Shown piece after piece: positions 1 to 9,604 of a stretch of DNA of 64,000 bases. Each line of letters opens with the position of its first letter. Positions within the stretch are counted from its first letter, which is position 1. The stretch is from NCBI GenBank assembly GCA_963724295.1, contig CAVRUC010000013.1, positions 1 through 64,000 on the forward strand, in the 5' to 3' direction. This DNA is from an uncultured Chloroflexia bacterium. Its GTDB lineage: Bacteria; Chloroflexota; Chloroflexia; Thermomicrobiales; UBA6265. Both the position numbers and the translations under genes were made by a program. The notes beneath the pieces are model-generated. The model was given only the letters and a program-made list of their open reading frames with translations, was not told where the DNA came from and searched no databases.

Positions 1-817
1 CGTCCTGTCCGGTGACCCAGAAGTAGCGGGGATCATCATCGACGATCTGGCCGCTCGGGCGCGACCCGATTCCTGCGCCGCCATCGACGCTCCAGACGGC
101 CCCGGTAACGTACCCGGCCTCATCGGAGGCAAGAAAGAGGACGATCGAGGCAACTTCATCGGGATCACCGGGACGAGCGAAGGGCAGTGTCGGGATGCGC
201 TTCGCCAGCGCTTCGGCCATGACAGGCGGCAGCGGCTTCGGCTGGGTGTCGATCAGTCCCGGGGCTGACGGTATTGACCAGAATGTCGTGCGGCGCAAGC
301 TCGATCGCGGCGACGCGGGAGAAGCTTCTGTCGCGGCGCGGCTGGCCGCGTAGGCGGAGGCCCCGAGGGTGCCTTTGGTGCTGGCCCCGGACGAGAAGTT
401 CACGATCCGGCCGCCCGCCCCCGGCGATCATGGCCCGCGCGGCCGCCTGGGTCATCAGAAACGTGCCGCGGCAGTTGACGGCGAAGACCCGATCCCAGAC
501 CTCGGCGCGTTCGTCGAGGAGCGAGGTGTGCGGGCGACTGCAGCATTGTTCACGCAGATGTCGAGCCGGCCATGGCGACTGACCGCCGTATCGATGATCT
601 GGGTCGCCCCTGCTTCGCTGGCCACATCGGCCACGACGGCTGCGACCTGATCTGCGGACAAGCCAGCGACGGTCTCGCTCAGCCCCACCTGGTCGCGATC
701 GGCGGCAACCACCGCGGCACCAGCTTCGACAAATCGGTGCACCATGACTCGTCCGATTCCGCGGGCAGCGCCGGTGACCACCACGGACTTGCCGGAAAAA
801 TCGAAGCTGACGTTCAC
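1..817 (-). CDS. SDR family oxidoreductase (frameshifted; 3' end at or near the window edge)
   Basis: GTG at 817; VVVTGAARGIG Rossmann motif, NNAA, VNTVSPG and VLFLASDEAGYVTGAVWSVDGG spread over several frames. Confidence 0.8.
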
Positions 818-1029
818 CCCGCTCTGGGCCTTTCGCGAGCAATCGAGGCGGTGTCGGTTCAGGAGTGTACGACGCGTCGATTTGCTTGGCGGGTCCTCGG
901 GAATCCGTCTGCGAGTGAGCCGATACACCCTTCGCACGTTGACAACCGCTGGTCGTGGCCGGACGATGCGGCAGATGCGGGACGGCCCCGAATCAGTGAT
1001 CGAAGGTCATACGAGGCAAGGAGGAAGGC

Positions 1030-2163
1030 ATGGTCCTTCCCATCGTGGATCGACGGGTGCGGGTCGGGGTGCTGGGCGCCGGGCGCTGGGCGCAGATGGC
1101 CCATCTTCCAGGCTGGGCACGGGATCCGCGAACCGAGCTTGTCGCCGTCTGCGACATCGAGCCGCAGCTCGCCGAAGGAGGCTGCGGCGAAGTTCGGCAT
1201 CCCGCATGCCGCCACGGATTATCAGCGACGTCGTCAACCGGGATGACATCGATGTGGTCGACGTCTGCACGCCGAGTCATACGCATTTCGAGCTGGCGAT
1301 GGCGGCGCTGGAAGCGGGCAAGCACGTGCTATGCGAGAAGCCGGTCGCCTTCGATTTTCGCGATACGCTCCGCGCCGCCGAGCTGGCTCGCTCCAAGGGT
1401 TGAAGACCAAGCTCGGTTTCACGTTCCGCTATTCCCCGGCCATGCTCTACATGAAGGAAATGGTCGACCAGGGCTTCTGCGGCGACCCATACATCTACAA
1501 CGCCTACGAGCAAAACTCGCAATGGATCGACCCGCAGACGCCCCTGCGCCAGGGCGACCACGAGGCGGATCAATCGCGCATTCACGTCTCCTCGCTCGAA
1601 GGGTACGGCGCGCCGGTCATCGACATCGCGCGCTGGATGGTTGGCTCGGATTTCACGTCAGTCGTCGGCGTGCTGCGCAACTTCGTGCCCGAGCGGGTGG
1701 TACGCGCGACCGGGCGCATGATGCGGATGAACATCGATGATGGCGACATCTTCATCGGCGAGTTCGCCAACGGCGCTATTGGCTCGGTTCAGACCAGCTT
1801 CGTCACGGTCGGCAACTACCCCGGAATCGAGGTCCGGCTCTACGGATCGAAGGGCGCCATCATCACCCGGCTGGTCGAAGAGTTCGGCATTGCCGAAACG
1901 ATCAAGGCCGCAACGCCGGATGACGTCGAGTTCAAGGAACTCAGGTGCCGGACCGGTTCTATCCCGAGGGAGGCAGCCCGAACGAGACGTGGTTCACCCT
2001 CTTCTACGCCAATCTGATCAAGGATTTCCTCGACGAGCTGACCACTGACACGCCGCGCAACCAGGGAAACTTCGACGACGGCGCCTGGGTGCAAGAGATC
2101 ATCAACGCCGTCGAGATCTCGCATCACGAGCGGCGCTGGACCGATCTTCCTCTCGCCCGGTGA
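1030..2163 (+). CDS. Gfo/Idh/MocA family oxidoreductase (frameshifted)
   Basis: GGAGG RBS; RVGVLGAGRWA, DVVDVCTPSHTH and GKHVLCEKP motifs across ORFs 1030, 744, 1331 and 1945. Confidence 0.85.
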
Positions 2164-2187
2164 CCACCAGTCCGACAGCCGCGAGGT

Positions 2188-3876
2188 ATGACAGCTAACG
2201 AGCGCGCGTTCGACGCGTGGCTGGACCGCTTCTTCGCCCACTACTACGCGACGCGGCCGGTCAACGCGACTTTCATCGGCGTCCACGACCACGACCACGC
2301 GCTTCCCGACTTCTCGCCCGCGGCCACCGCGCGTCAACTCGCGGAGATGCGCCAGCTCCGGGCAGGAATTGGCGCAGATACCGACCGCGGGTCTCGATAC
2401 TGGCCGGCGTCACGACGCCCTGATCGCCGACGGCTACCTCGAACTCCAGATCATGGAGGACGCGCTTCCGCAGTTCCATCGCGGAAACCCCGCGCTCTAC
2501 ACCTCGGAAGGCGTCTTCGCGATCCTGTCGCTGTTTCTCCGAGATGCGGAGCCACTCTCCGACCGTGTTGCCGCGGCGATCGAGCCGCATGCGCGCGCTG
2601 CCAGAGTTTCTCGCCCAGGCACGCGCCAACATCTCGAGCGCGCCGGTCGCGTGGACCGACCATGCCCTGCGCGAGGCGCGTGCGAGCGCCGACTACTTTG
2701 ACAAAGGGGTGCCCCGCCTCGCCGCCGATCGCGGCATCAGCAACCCGGAATTCCTGCGCACGGCTGCCGTCGCGCGCGACGCGTACCTCGAGCATGCTGC
2801 GTGGCTGGACGGGACGCTCCGGCTGCGCCCGTCGGAGGCATGGGCTTGCGGCCGGGAGGCATTCGATCGCTATCTGAGCCGGGGGCATTTCCTGCCACCA
2901 GATCGAGACGCGACATGGCTCGAAGGGTTTGCGTCACGCGGCGCTACAGCGAAGCGCGTGCGGCGCTCGAAGACCAGGCCGCTGCGCTCGATCCGGCGAG
3001 ATCGTGGTACGACCAACTCGCCGACCTCGCCGATCGTCATCCGTCGCCGAACGACTACTACGCCGCCTTTTCGCGCGTCTGGAACGCCGCGCGAACGGCG
3101 GCGATCGAAGCCGATCTGGTGACCTGGCCCGATTTCCCGATCGACTACGTCCCCATTCCGGAGTCGGATCGCGAAGCTGCCGCGGGTCTCTACTATCTTC
3201 CGTACCGCTGTCCGCCGCCGTTCGGCCGGCCGGAGACCCATCGCTACCTCGTGCCGCCCCTCGCTCCGGACAGGTGATCCCGCCGAGCAACACCGACAGC
3301 TGCGTGCGACGAACGATGCCGTGATCAAACTCAACCACGTGGTTCACCACGGCGGCCTGGGACACCATGTCCAGAACTGGTACGCGTTCCGACTCGCCTT
3401 CCCGCATCGGGCAAATCGCTGGCGTCGACTGCGCCTCCCGGATCGCCCTCTTCGCGGCGGGAACCCTGGTCGAAGGCTGGGCGTGTTACGCCACCGATCT
3501 CATGGACGAGATCGGCTTCCTGACCCCGCTCGAATCGCTGTCCCAGGCGCAGAGCCGGCTGCGCATGGCCGCCCGCGCGGTCGCCGACGTTGCGCTGCAC
3601 ACGGGGGCCATGTCGCTGGACGAAACGGCGGCCTTTTACGAGCGAGAAGCCGGCATGCCCGCCAGCGCGGCACGGAGCGAAGCGATCAAGAACTCGATGT
3701 TCCCCGGTGCGGCGATGATGTATCTCGTCGGCACCGAGGCGATGCACGACCTGCGTCGGCAGGTCGCAGAGCGCGATGGCAACACCTTCTCACTGCGCGC
3801 CTTCCACGATCGCGTACTGCACTATGGTGCGATTCCGGTAGCCTTGATTGCCCACGACATGCTCAACGGCGGATAG
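2188..3876 (+). CDS. DUF885 family protein (frameshifted)
   Basis: N-terminal RPVNATFIGVHDHD; HHGGLGHHVQ, EGWACYA and FSLRAFHDRVLHYGAIP in successive frames. Confidence 0.75.
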
Positions 3877-3921
3877 CGGACCAGCGGCCAAACTCAGACG
3901 ACGCAACGCGAGATGCCGCCC

Positions 3922-4989
3922 TCAGCCAATCCCGGCTTCCACCACAAACGAACCTGCTCGGATGAAGGGCGTCTCATCGAGGTCGACATCGACGCCGGGA
4001 AACATGAGGTCGAGGTGGTAGCCGGGACGGTGGGATCCTTCGGGCCGGTACTGGTACGGGTTGCCGAAGCCGATCATGATCCCACCAGCGAAGGAATGCA
4101 CTACTGTATTATCCGCCCAGGCTAGATCAGCGCGCGGATCAAAGCCAATATTGCAGTCCATAACGACGAAGACATCGTCATTCTGCGCCCGTGCGAACCA
4201 ATCCGCGAGCGCAATGCATGCGGCATGATCACCCTGGACGTCAACGACACGGCCGGCGTCGACCGTGAGGATGACCGGCAGTTCGGATCGGATTGGGGAG
4301 TTCTCCGGCCCTTGAAAGCGTCCAGCTCCGACGAACGCGAGCGTACCGTGCGCTGTCCCCGGAACGAACGGTGCGGTGACGGATGCACACAGCGGAGCGC
4401 CGATCATGCCCGGGCTGGTGGGTGGCTCACCGATGAACGATCGCGGGTAATCGAGCGGATCGCCGAGGTCGGCCTGGAAGTCGGTGCCCGTCGCCGATCG
4501 AACCCGCACTGTCCGAGCATCATTGAGCCGAGGCATGGCAGAACGGGCACGGTCAGCGAGCGTCACCGATGGAGGACAGGCTGCGAGTGTCCGTAGGCTT
4601 TCTGGCATACCCCAGATGAGCGCAAGACGAGATCCGCACGCCCGGCATTCCTCTCCGTATCGCGTGAAGCTGTCCGAATAGAGCCAGGGCACGGTCGTCA
4701 GATCAACCACCAAATCCGCGGCAAGGAGCGCATCAACCGCGACTTGCGGCAGATCGGCGAATGCCGGCCGGCGGGGGCTCACGCTGAGCAACACGACATC
4801 GCCGGAACGACCCGAGGCCATGGCTGCGTCGGTGAATGCCCGAGTCAGATCGGGAGCAGTGGCGCTATCGGTCAATATGAGCAGCTGCTCATCGGCCCCG
4901 AGATTGCAGGCGCGGAGGGTGTGATCTGCGGTTTTTGCCAAACGAGAAGGGGGGTCGGCTAATTCGCTGATCAAATCAAAATCCGACAT
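3922..4989 (-). CDS. M29 aminopeptidase-fold / NicX-like metalloprotein
   Basis: Intact 355-aa ORF; LILTD...ALLAADLVVD N-domain and IGFDPRA...FGNP...YHLD C-terminal pattern. Confidence 0.5.
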   Translation of the reverse strand: MSDFDLISELADPPSRLAKTADHTLRACNLGADEQLLILTDSATAPDLTRAFTDAAMASGRSGDVVLLSVSPRRPAFADLPQVAVDALLAADLVVDLTTVPWLYSDSFTRYGEECRACGSRLALIWGMPESLRTLAACPPSVTLADRARSAMPRLNDARTVRVRSATGTDFQADLGDPLDYPRSFIGEPPTSPGMIGAPLCASVTAPFVPGTAHGTLAFVGAGRFQGPENSPIRSELPVILTVDAGRVVDVQGDHAACIALADWFARAQNDDVFVVMDCNIGFDPRADLAWADNTVVHSFAGGIMIGFGNPYQYRPEGSHRPGYHLDLMFPGVDVDLDETPFIRAGSFVVEAGIG

Positions 4990-5283
4990 CCGCCGTACCC
5001 CGCCTAGTCATGATGGAGCTAACTCGCCTGCGCATTGAGTTCGACCGCGGCGTGACGCAGATACGCCCCTGCAGTCCGGATCCCAGCCGAATTATGCCGT
5101 GCGTTACTCTGTCCTCAGGACCGTGGCCTCTAGGACGTCCGCGTGCCGCTGCATGTCAGTGGTCGCGTGCAAGTAGAGGTAGAGCGCCATGGCGCTGTTC
5201 GTGCAACCGAGCCGCTCCTGAGAGGTCTATGACCGCAATAGCGGAGGCGTCTCGTCAGGCCATGTCATCTCCCTATCTGCGGT

Positions 5284-5472
5284 CTACCAGAGCTTGGTTA
5301 CCAGGTAGAGGAGGGAGCCGAAGAGCACCAGGGGCGAAATGGTCATGGCGATCACTCCCAGGAGGAAACCCCAGCCTTCGAGCTGGAGAGAAGGGTTGTA
5401 GACCGGCAACACGATGGGCAGCGACAGCAGAACAAGGAGCACTAAGAGCATCCGCTTGAGGACGACATTCAC
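5284..5472 (-). CDS. Small membrane protein (two hydrophobic segments)
   Basis: 62-aa ORF with a GAGAGGAG RBS and two long hydrophobic stretches. Confidence 0.55.
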   Translation of the reverse strand: MNVVLKRMLLVLLVLLSLPIVLPVYNPSLQLEGWGFLLGVIAMTISPLVLFGSLLYLVTKLW

Positions 5473-5944
5473 AGCACGCTCCTCTCCGACGTAGTCGTCT
5501 GGTCGTTCCAGGGCGTGAAGTGTCCCGGTTGACTGGCTAGGGGTTCAATCGGAAGCAAAGAGCGCGTTGCAACACCCGGCCAGGAGGGATAATACCCCCC
5601 TACTCCGCGCCAACCGGGACGAGGAGGCCGCCGTGGTCTACGCCGGATTCAGCTGGCGATATCTAGCGATTCCGCTCGGCGTGCTGACGCTCATCGTTGG
5701 CGTCCTCATCGCCCTGATCCGCCGGGTGCGGGGGAGAAGCTAGGGGACACGGGCCGGACCCGACGAGCGCCGCGCGGGCATTGGCGATGCAGACCCGCGC
5801 ATCTGCCCGCGCCATTGCCGCGGTCATCATCTCGTCGGTCAGCTCCGGCTCGGTGACCGTCGCCACCACCCCGGGGTCATCGCGTCCGGGAGCGGCCTGT
5901 GCGACCCGTCGCGCGCCCACCGTTGGGCAACACAGGAGACGCGC

Positions 5945-6640
5945 ATGCGTGACCCGACCCCTCCGGCGACGATGTTCGACCGGGTTCGGATGCTGCTCCA
6001 GCAGATGTGGCGCCGCATCGCCGCCCGTTACGCTCCGGGCAGCACCTGGACTGTCAGCCTCGGCCCCGATATGTTCCTCGACTTCTGCGTCTGGACCCTC
6101 GAGCGCGACGGGCTGCGGGCTCCTCCCTTTGAGCACCACCCCGACGGCGACGGCACGCTGCGTGCGGCCGGGTTGACAGCAGAGGCGTGGCGGGCGTGGT
6201 TCGACCGCGTCGTCGCCGCGGTTGCCGCGTTTGCTGAAGCGTTGCCCCGCAACAATGACGACGTCTGGCCGCCGTTTCCCAACCCAGTGGCCCTCTGGGA
6301 CGGGCCGCCGGCGGTCGGGGCCCGGCTGGCCGAGCTGGATGCGGCCTATGACGCCGTGGCCGGGGAGCGCAAGGACGCCGTAGCGCACCTCTGGTGGCCC
6401 GGCCGCCCCGATGAGGACGAGAGCACCCGGCTCTGGGAGACGCTGGCGCCCTACCACCGGCGCCTGCCGCCGCTGACGGTGGTGTACGTCGCCTACCCGG
6501 GGCCGGCGCGGCTGGTGGTGCCGCCGGCAACGGTGGTGCTGGCGGCGGCCGGCTGGCGACCGGGGCCAGGTGGGCTCACGGCGGCGGTGTTGGCGGGGGC
6601 GGCCGAGCTGGCGGGAGACGACCGCCCCAGCAGGCCGTGA
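5945..6640 (+). CDS. Hypothetical protein
   Basis: 231-aa ORF with an AGGAG RBS and GC-rich third positions. Confidence 0.6.
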   Translation: MRDPTPPATMFDRVRMLLQQMWRRIAARYAPGSTWTVSLGPDMFLDFCVWTLERDGLRAPPFEHHPDGDGTLRAAGLTAEAWRAWFDRVVAAVAAFAEALPRNNDDVWPPFPNPVALWDGPPAVGARLAELDAAYDAVAGERKDAVAHLWWPGRPDEDESTRLWETLAPYHRRLPPLTVVYVAYPGPARLVVPPATVVLAAAGWRPGPGGLTAAVLAGAAELAGDDRPSRP

Positions 6641-6714
6641 ACCGACGGCCGGGGCCGGGCACTCATGGAGCGGATGTGTCGCGTCACCCTGCCGGGTTTT
6701 GCAACACCCTCTAA

Positions 6715-7944
6715 GCTTGTGATTTAACCCCGGCGCGGTGCCCGGGCCACGGCTCCGGCTCCATCACGAGCACACGCGGCTCGCTGCCGGGTTCGCTCCT
6801 GACCCGCACCAGGTTTTGGCACGCGCCGTACCACTGGGGCTGCGCGCAAATGCTCCAAAACCTCGTTCCCGCTCGATGTGCAGGCGAGTCGCCGTAGGCA
6901 GCGGGCAGGCGCCACGCCGAACCGTTCACCCTCTCAGGCCGCTCCCTTCGTGCCCCGCACCGCCCACGCCCGGTCGGTCAAGTGCAGCGAACCATCCGCG
7001 GCAAAGGGGAGCGTGACCCGTAGTTGCTCCCGGAGCGCGGCCTTCCGCTCGTCGTCGAGTCCCGACACGTAGCGCTGCGCGCGGCCGCACCGGCCATGGT
7101 GTGCGGCAGCCAGAAGTCGTCAAAGTCCCGAAACACCATCGGCAGGTCGATGCGCCGACCGTAACGTTGTCCAGTCCGGCCCCGCGAAACAGGTCGGCCA
7201 TCGGCTCGGGCTCGCAGGTGTGGAAGTGCGGACGCGGATCGAGGGCCGCGGCGTCGGCATCGGTCGCCGCGACCGCCGCCCAGAAGTACTGCGGCGTTGC
7301 ATCGGGCCGCGGTAGTCCCAGACATAGGCGCCGACCACACCACCGGGACGGGTGGCGCGCACCATCTCGGCGACCGCGGGGGCCGGATCCGGTATGAAGT
7401 GGAGGACGAGCCCGGCGACCACCGCGTCGTAGGCGTCGCTCGGCACGGGGAGGGCGCGGGCGTCGCCGACCTCGAAGCGGGCGCGCGGATCGGCGACGCG
7501 GCGTTGCGCGGCACCGAGGAATTCGGGCGAGGGATCGATGCCCACGACTTCGATCGGGTCGGTTGCGTCGAGCACGGCTTCGGTCAAGGCGCCGGTGCCG
7601 CAGCCGACGTCTAACCACCGGCCCGCCGTGGGACCGCGAACCAGGCGAGGAACGCCTCAGCCAGCGGGCGACTCCATCGCCCCACATAGGCCTCGTAGGC
7701 ATCGGTGGCTCGGAAGACGTACTGCCCGGACACATCGGCCATGAGGGTCCCTCCGCCGGTCCGCCAATCGCCCGAAGAGGTCGTCGGTGACCAGCATTCT
7801 GCAGCCCGCCACGGGCGAGTGCAAACATGCGTCCAGGATGACATGGCGAAGCGTGTGCCGGCGGTGTCCCACCTCGGTTCGTTCCGCTGCCCGTCAGCCG
7901 TGCCTCAGCCGTGTCTGTGAGCGCACGCGGGTTAAATCCCAAGC
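6715..7944. mobile_element. Non-autonomous IS-derived cassette (16-bp terminal inverted repeats, TAA target duplication) with a methyltransferase passenger
   Basis: GCTTGTGATTTAACCC at 6715-6730 and GGGTTAAATCCCAAGC at 7929-7944 (15/16 inverted match); TAA at 6712-6714 and 7945-7947; no transposase inside. Confidence 0.65.
6934..7742 (-). CDS. Class I SAM-dependent methyltransferase (frameshifted)
   Basis: YEAYVGRWSRPLA, LDVGCGTGAL, GIDPSPEFL, GDARALP and RPGGVVGAYVWDY motifs; GGAGG RBS. Confidence 0.8.
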
Positions 7945-8014
7945 TAAGTAAAGGGGCCCTTGCAGTATCGTGCGAGGTTCCGGAAAGATAAGTTTGATGT
8001 GTTGGGTTGACAAC

Positions 8015-8091
8015 TGGTAGCGCATAGGGGATTCGAACCCCTGATCTCCGCCTTGAGAGGGCGGTGTCCTAGGCCACTAGACGAATGCGCC
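8015..8091 (-). tRNA. tRNA-Glu(CTC)
   Basis: Cloverleaf GGCGCAT...ATGCGCT-A-CCA; anticodon arm CCGCC-CT CTC AA-GGCGG; GGTTCGAATCC T-arm. Confidence 0.95.
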
Positions 8092-8102
8092 TTGACATTC
8101 TG

Positions 8103-8131
8103 AAGATAGCATTTTGGCCCCGGAGCGTCAA
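8103..8131 (-). promoter_or_regulatory. Sigma70-type promoter for tRNA-Glu
   Basis: TTGACG-17 bp-TATCTT on the minus strand just upstream of the tRNA. Confidence 0.55.
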
Positions 8132-8799
8132 CGAGACCCGCTCTCGTCCGCGACGCCCATCGCGGTGCGATAGGCACGTTGGGCGGCCTCCCGCCCTGCC
8201 TCCTCCAGGCGATCGGCCTCCGTCATGTAGGTCTGGGCCAGCTCTCGGTCCTTGATCATCCCGGCGTTGCCGCGCACATTGAGCAGGGCCCCGCGCAACG
8301 CGGCCTCGGCCAGCAGTGCGCCGAGGGCCGCATCTGAGCGAACATGCGGGTTCCCGTCGCGCGCCATAGATTGCAGAATCTCAGCCACCTCGTACACGGA
8401 GCGGGCGACGTCCAATGGCACATCGGTGGCTGTGATCAGCGCCCGCTGCATCGCATCGGCGCGCGCTCGGTCTTTTCGCCATCACTGGTACGCGGCAGGC
8501 TGGCCGCATCCTGATACGCCTGGTAGGCGGCTTCGTCGGCTGCCGCACTTTCCACGAGAGCGGCTCCGCAACGCGGTCAGCCGGTCCCGCGCCGGTCGCA
8601 GGAGTGCCTCGGCCTCGGCGTACTTCGCGCGACCCAGGGTGAGATTCGCCACCATCTCGCCGAGCGCCGCGGCCAGCGCTGCCACGACTGCCGCCACGCT
8701 TCCACCACCGGGAGCTGGGGTCCCCGCCGCGACCTCGTCGAGATACGCGACAAGGCCTTCGTCAGCGTCACCAGACACCGGCAATCCTCGTTCTTGCAC
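8128..8799 (-). CDS. Cyclodeaminase/cyclohydrolase family protein (FTCD C-terminal-like; frameshifted)
   Basis: PAPGGGSVAA...LGEMVANLT and GNPHVRSDAALGA...LNVRGN in two frames. Confidence 0.85.
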
Positions 8800-8846
8800 T
8801 TGCGGGATCGAAGCAACCGGTGGACCCGGCCCCTGCCCGTCTCGCT

Positions 8847-9311
8847 CTAGCGCGGTGCGGCGTCGGTTGCCGCCGGAGCAACCAGCGCCTCCAGCTCCCG
8901 CACGAAGCGCTCCTCGTCGACGAACTCCAGCCGGTACGCGGACTCGTCTGACGACGGGGAGGCCGGCAAGACGAAGCGCACCCAGCCTTCGTCGGCGCCG
9001 CGCGCCAGCAATCCGGTGACCCGCGCTTCAAACCGGCTGTAAGGCATGTCCGGAGCAAGCACCCGGTAGTAGCGCTCGCCCATGCCGTTACGGGTCCAGA
9101 TCAACCGGATCAGCTGCCGGTGCTTGGTCTCCAGGTCGGACGCGGTGAGCTCGTTGGCCATGAACCCGCGCGCGATCGCCGCGAAGCGGCTCATCTCGCG
9201 CATCGGGACCGAGCAGACGGGACAGATGCCCGCCGGCGCGTCGGCGTGCGAGAACGAGCGGCGGCAATTCTGGCACCAGAGATAGGTCTTGGTTGAGCCG
9301 GCGCGAGCCAT
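8847..9311 (-). CDS. Hypothetical protein with N-terminal zinc ribbon
   Basis: CQNC...CPVC followed by a helical domain. Confidence 0.7.
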   Translation of the reverse strand: MARAGSTKTYLWCQNCRRSFSHADAPAGICPVCSVPMREMSRFAAIARGFMANELTASDLETKHRQLIRLIWTRNGMGERYYRVLAPDMPYSRFEARVTGLLARGADEGWVRFVLPASPSSDESAYRLEFVDEERFVRELEALVAPAATDAAPR

Positions 9312-9380
9312 GATCAATACCGGACGTGGCGCCGGGATTCTCGCCGGCACTCAGGAGGGAACTATTCGACGCCGCGCCGA

Positions 9381-9587
9381 TCACCCGCGCAAGCTGTTTG
9401 GCTCGTAGGGCTGTGCCGCGCCGCTGAGCCCCTGGTTATCCGCGGGCGGCGGCTCGCCGGCCTTGTCTGCCCATTTCTGAACCCCGTACGTGAGCAAGAT
9501 ACCGGCGATGATAAAAACCACCGCGATCACGACCTCGACGGTATCGGCGAGAACCCCGAAGTCACCGGCAAGATTGTTGGAAATCAT
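9381..9587 (-). CDS. Small single-pass membrane protein
   Basis: 68 aa, GGAG RBS, one transmembrane segment, 17 bp after the cytochrome c gene. Confidence 0.65.
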   Translation of the reverse strand: MISNNLAGDFGVLADTVEVVIAVVFIIAGILLTYGVQKWADKAGEPPPADNQGLSGAAQPYEPNSLRG

Positions 9588-9604
9588 GTGTCGCTCCGCA
9601 TCCG

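Noticed and set aside
5000..8015. Integrase-type genomic island at tRNA-Glu
   Set aside because: No integrase and no duplicated tRNA 3' end were seen in the window.
1..8800. Dense frameshifts suggesting pseudogenes or programmed frameshifting (also near 30140, 44960, 58255, 58760 and 62500)
   Set aside because: They are single-base slips in unrelated, otherwise well-conserved genes, with no shared slippery motif. Long-read consensus error is the simplest explanation; read polishing would decide it.
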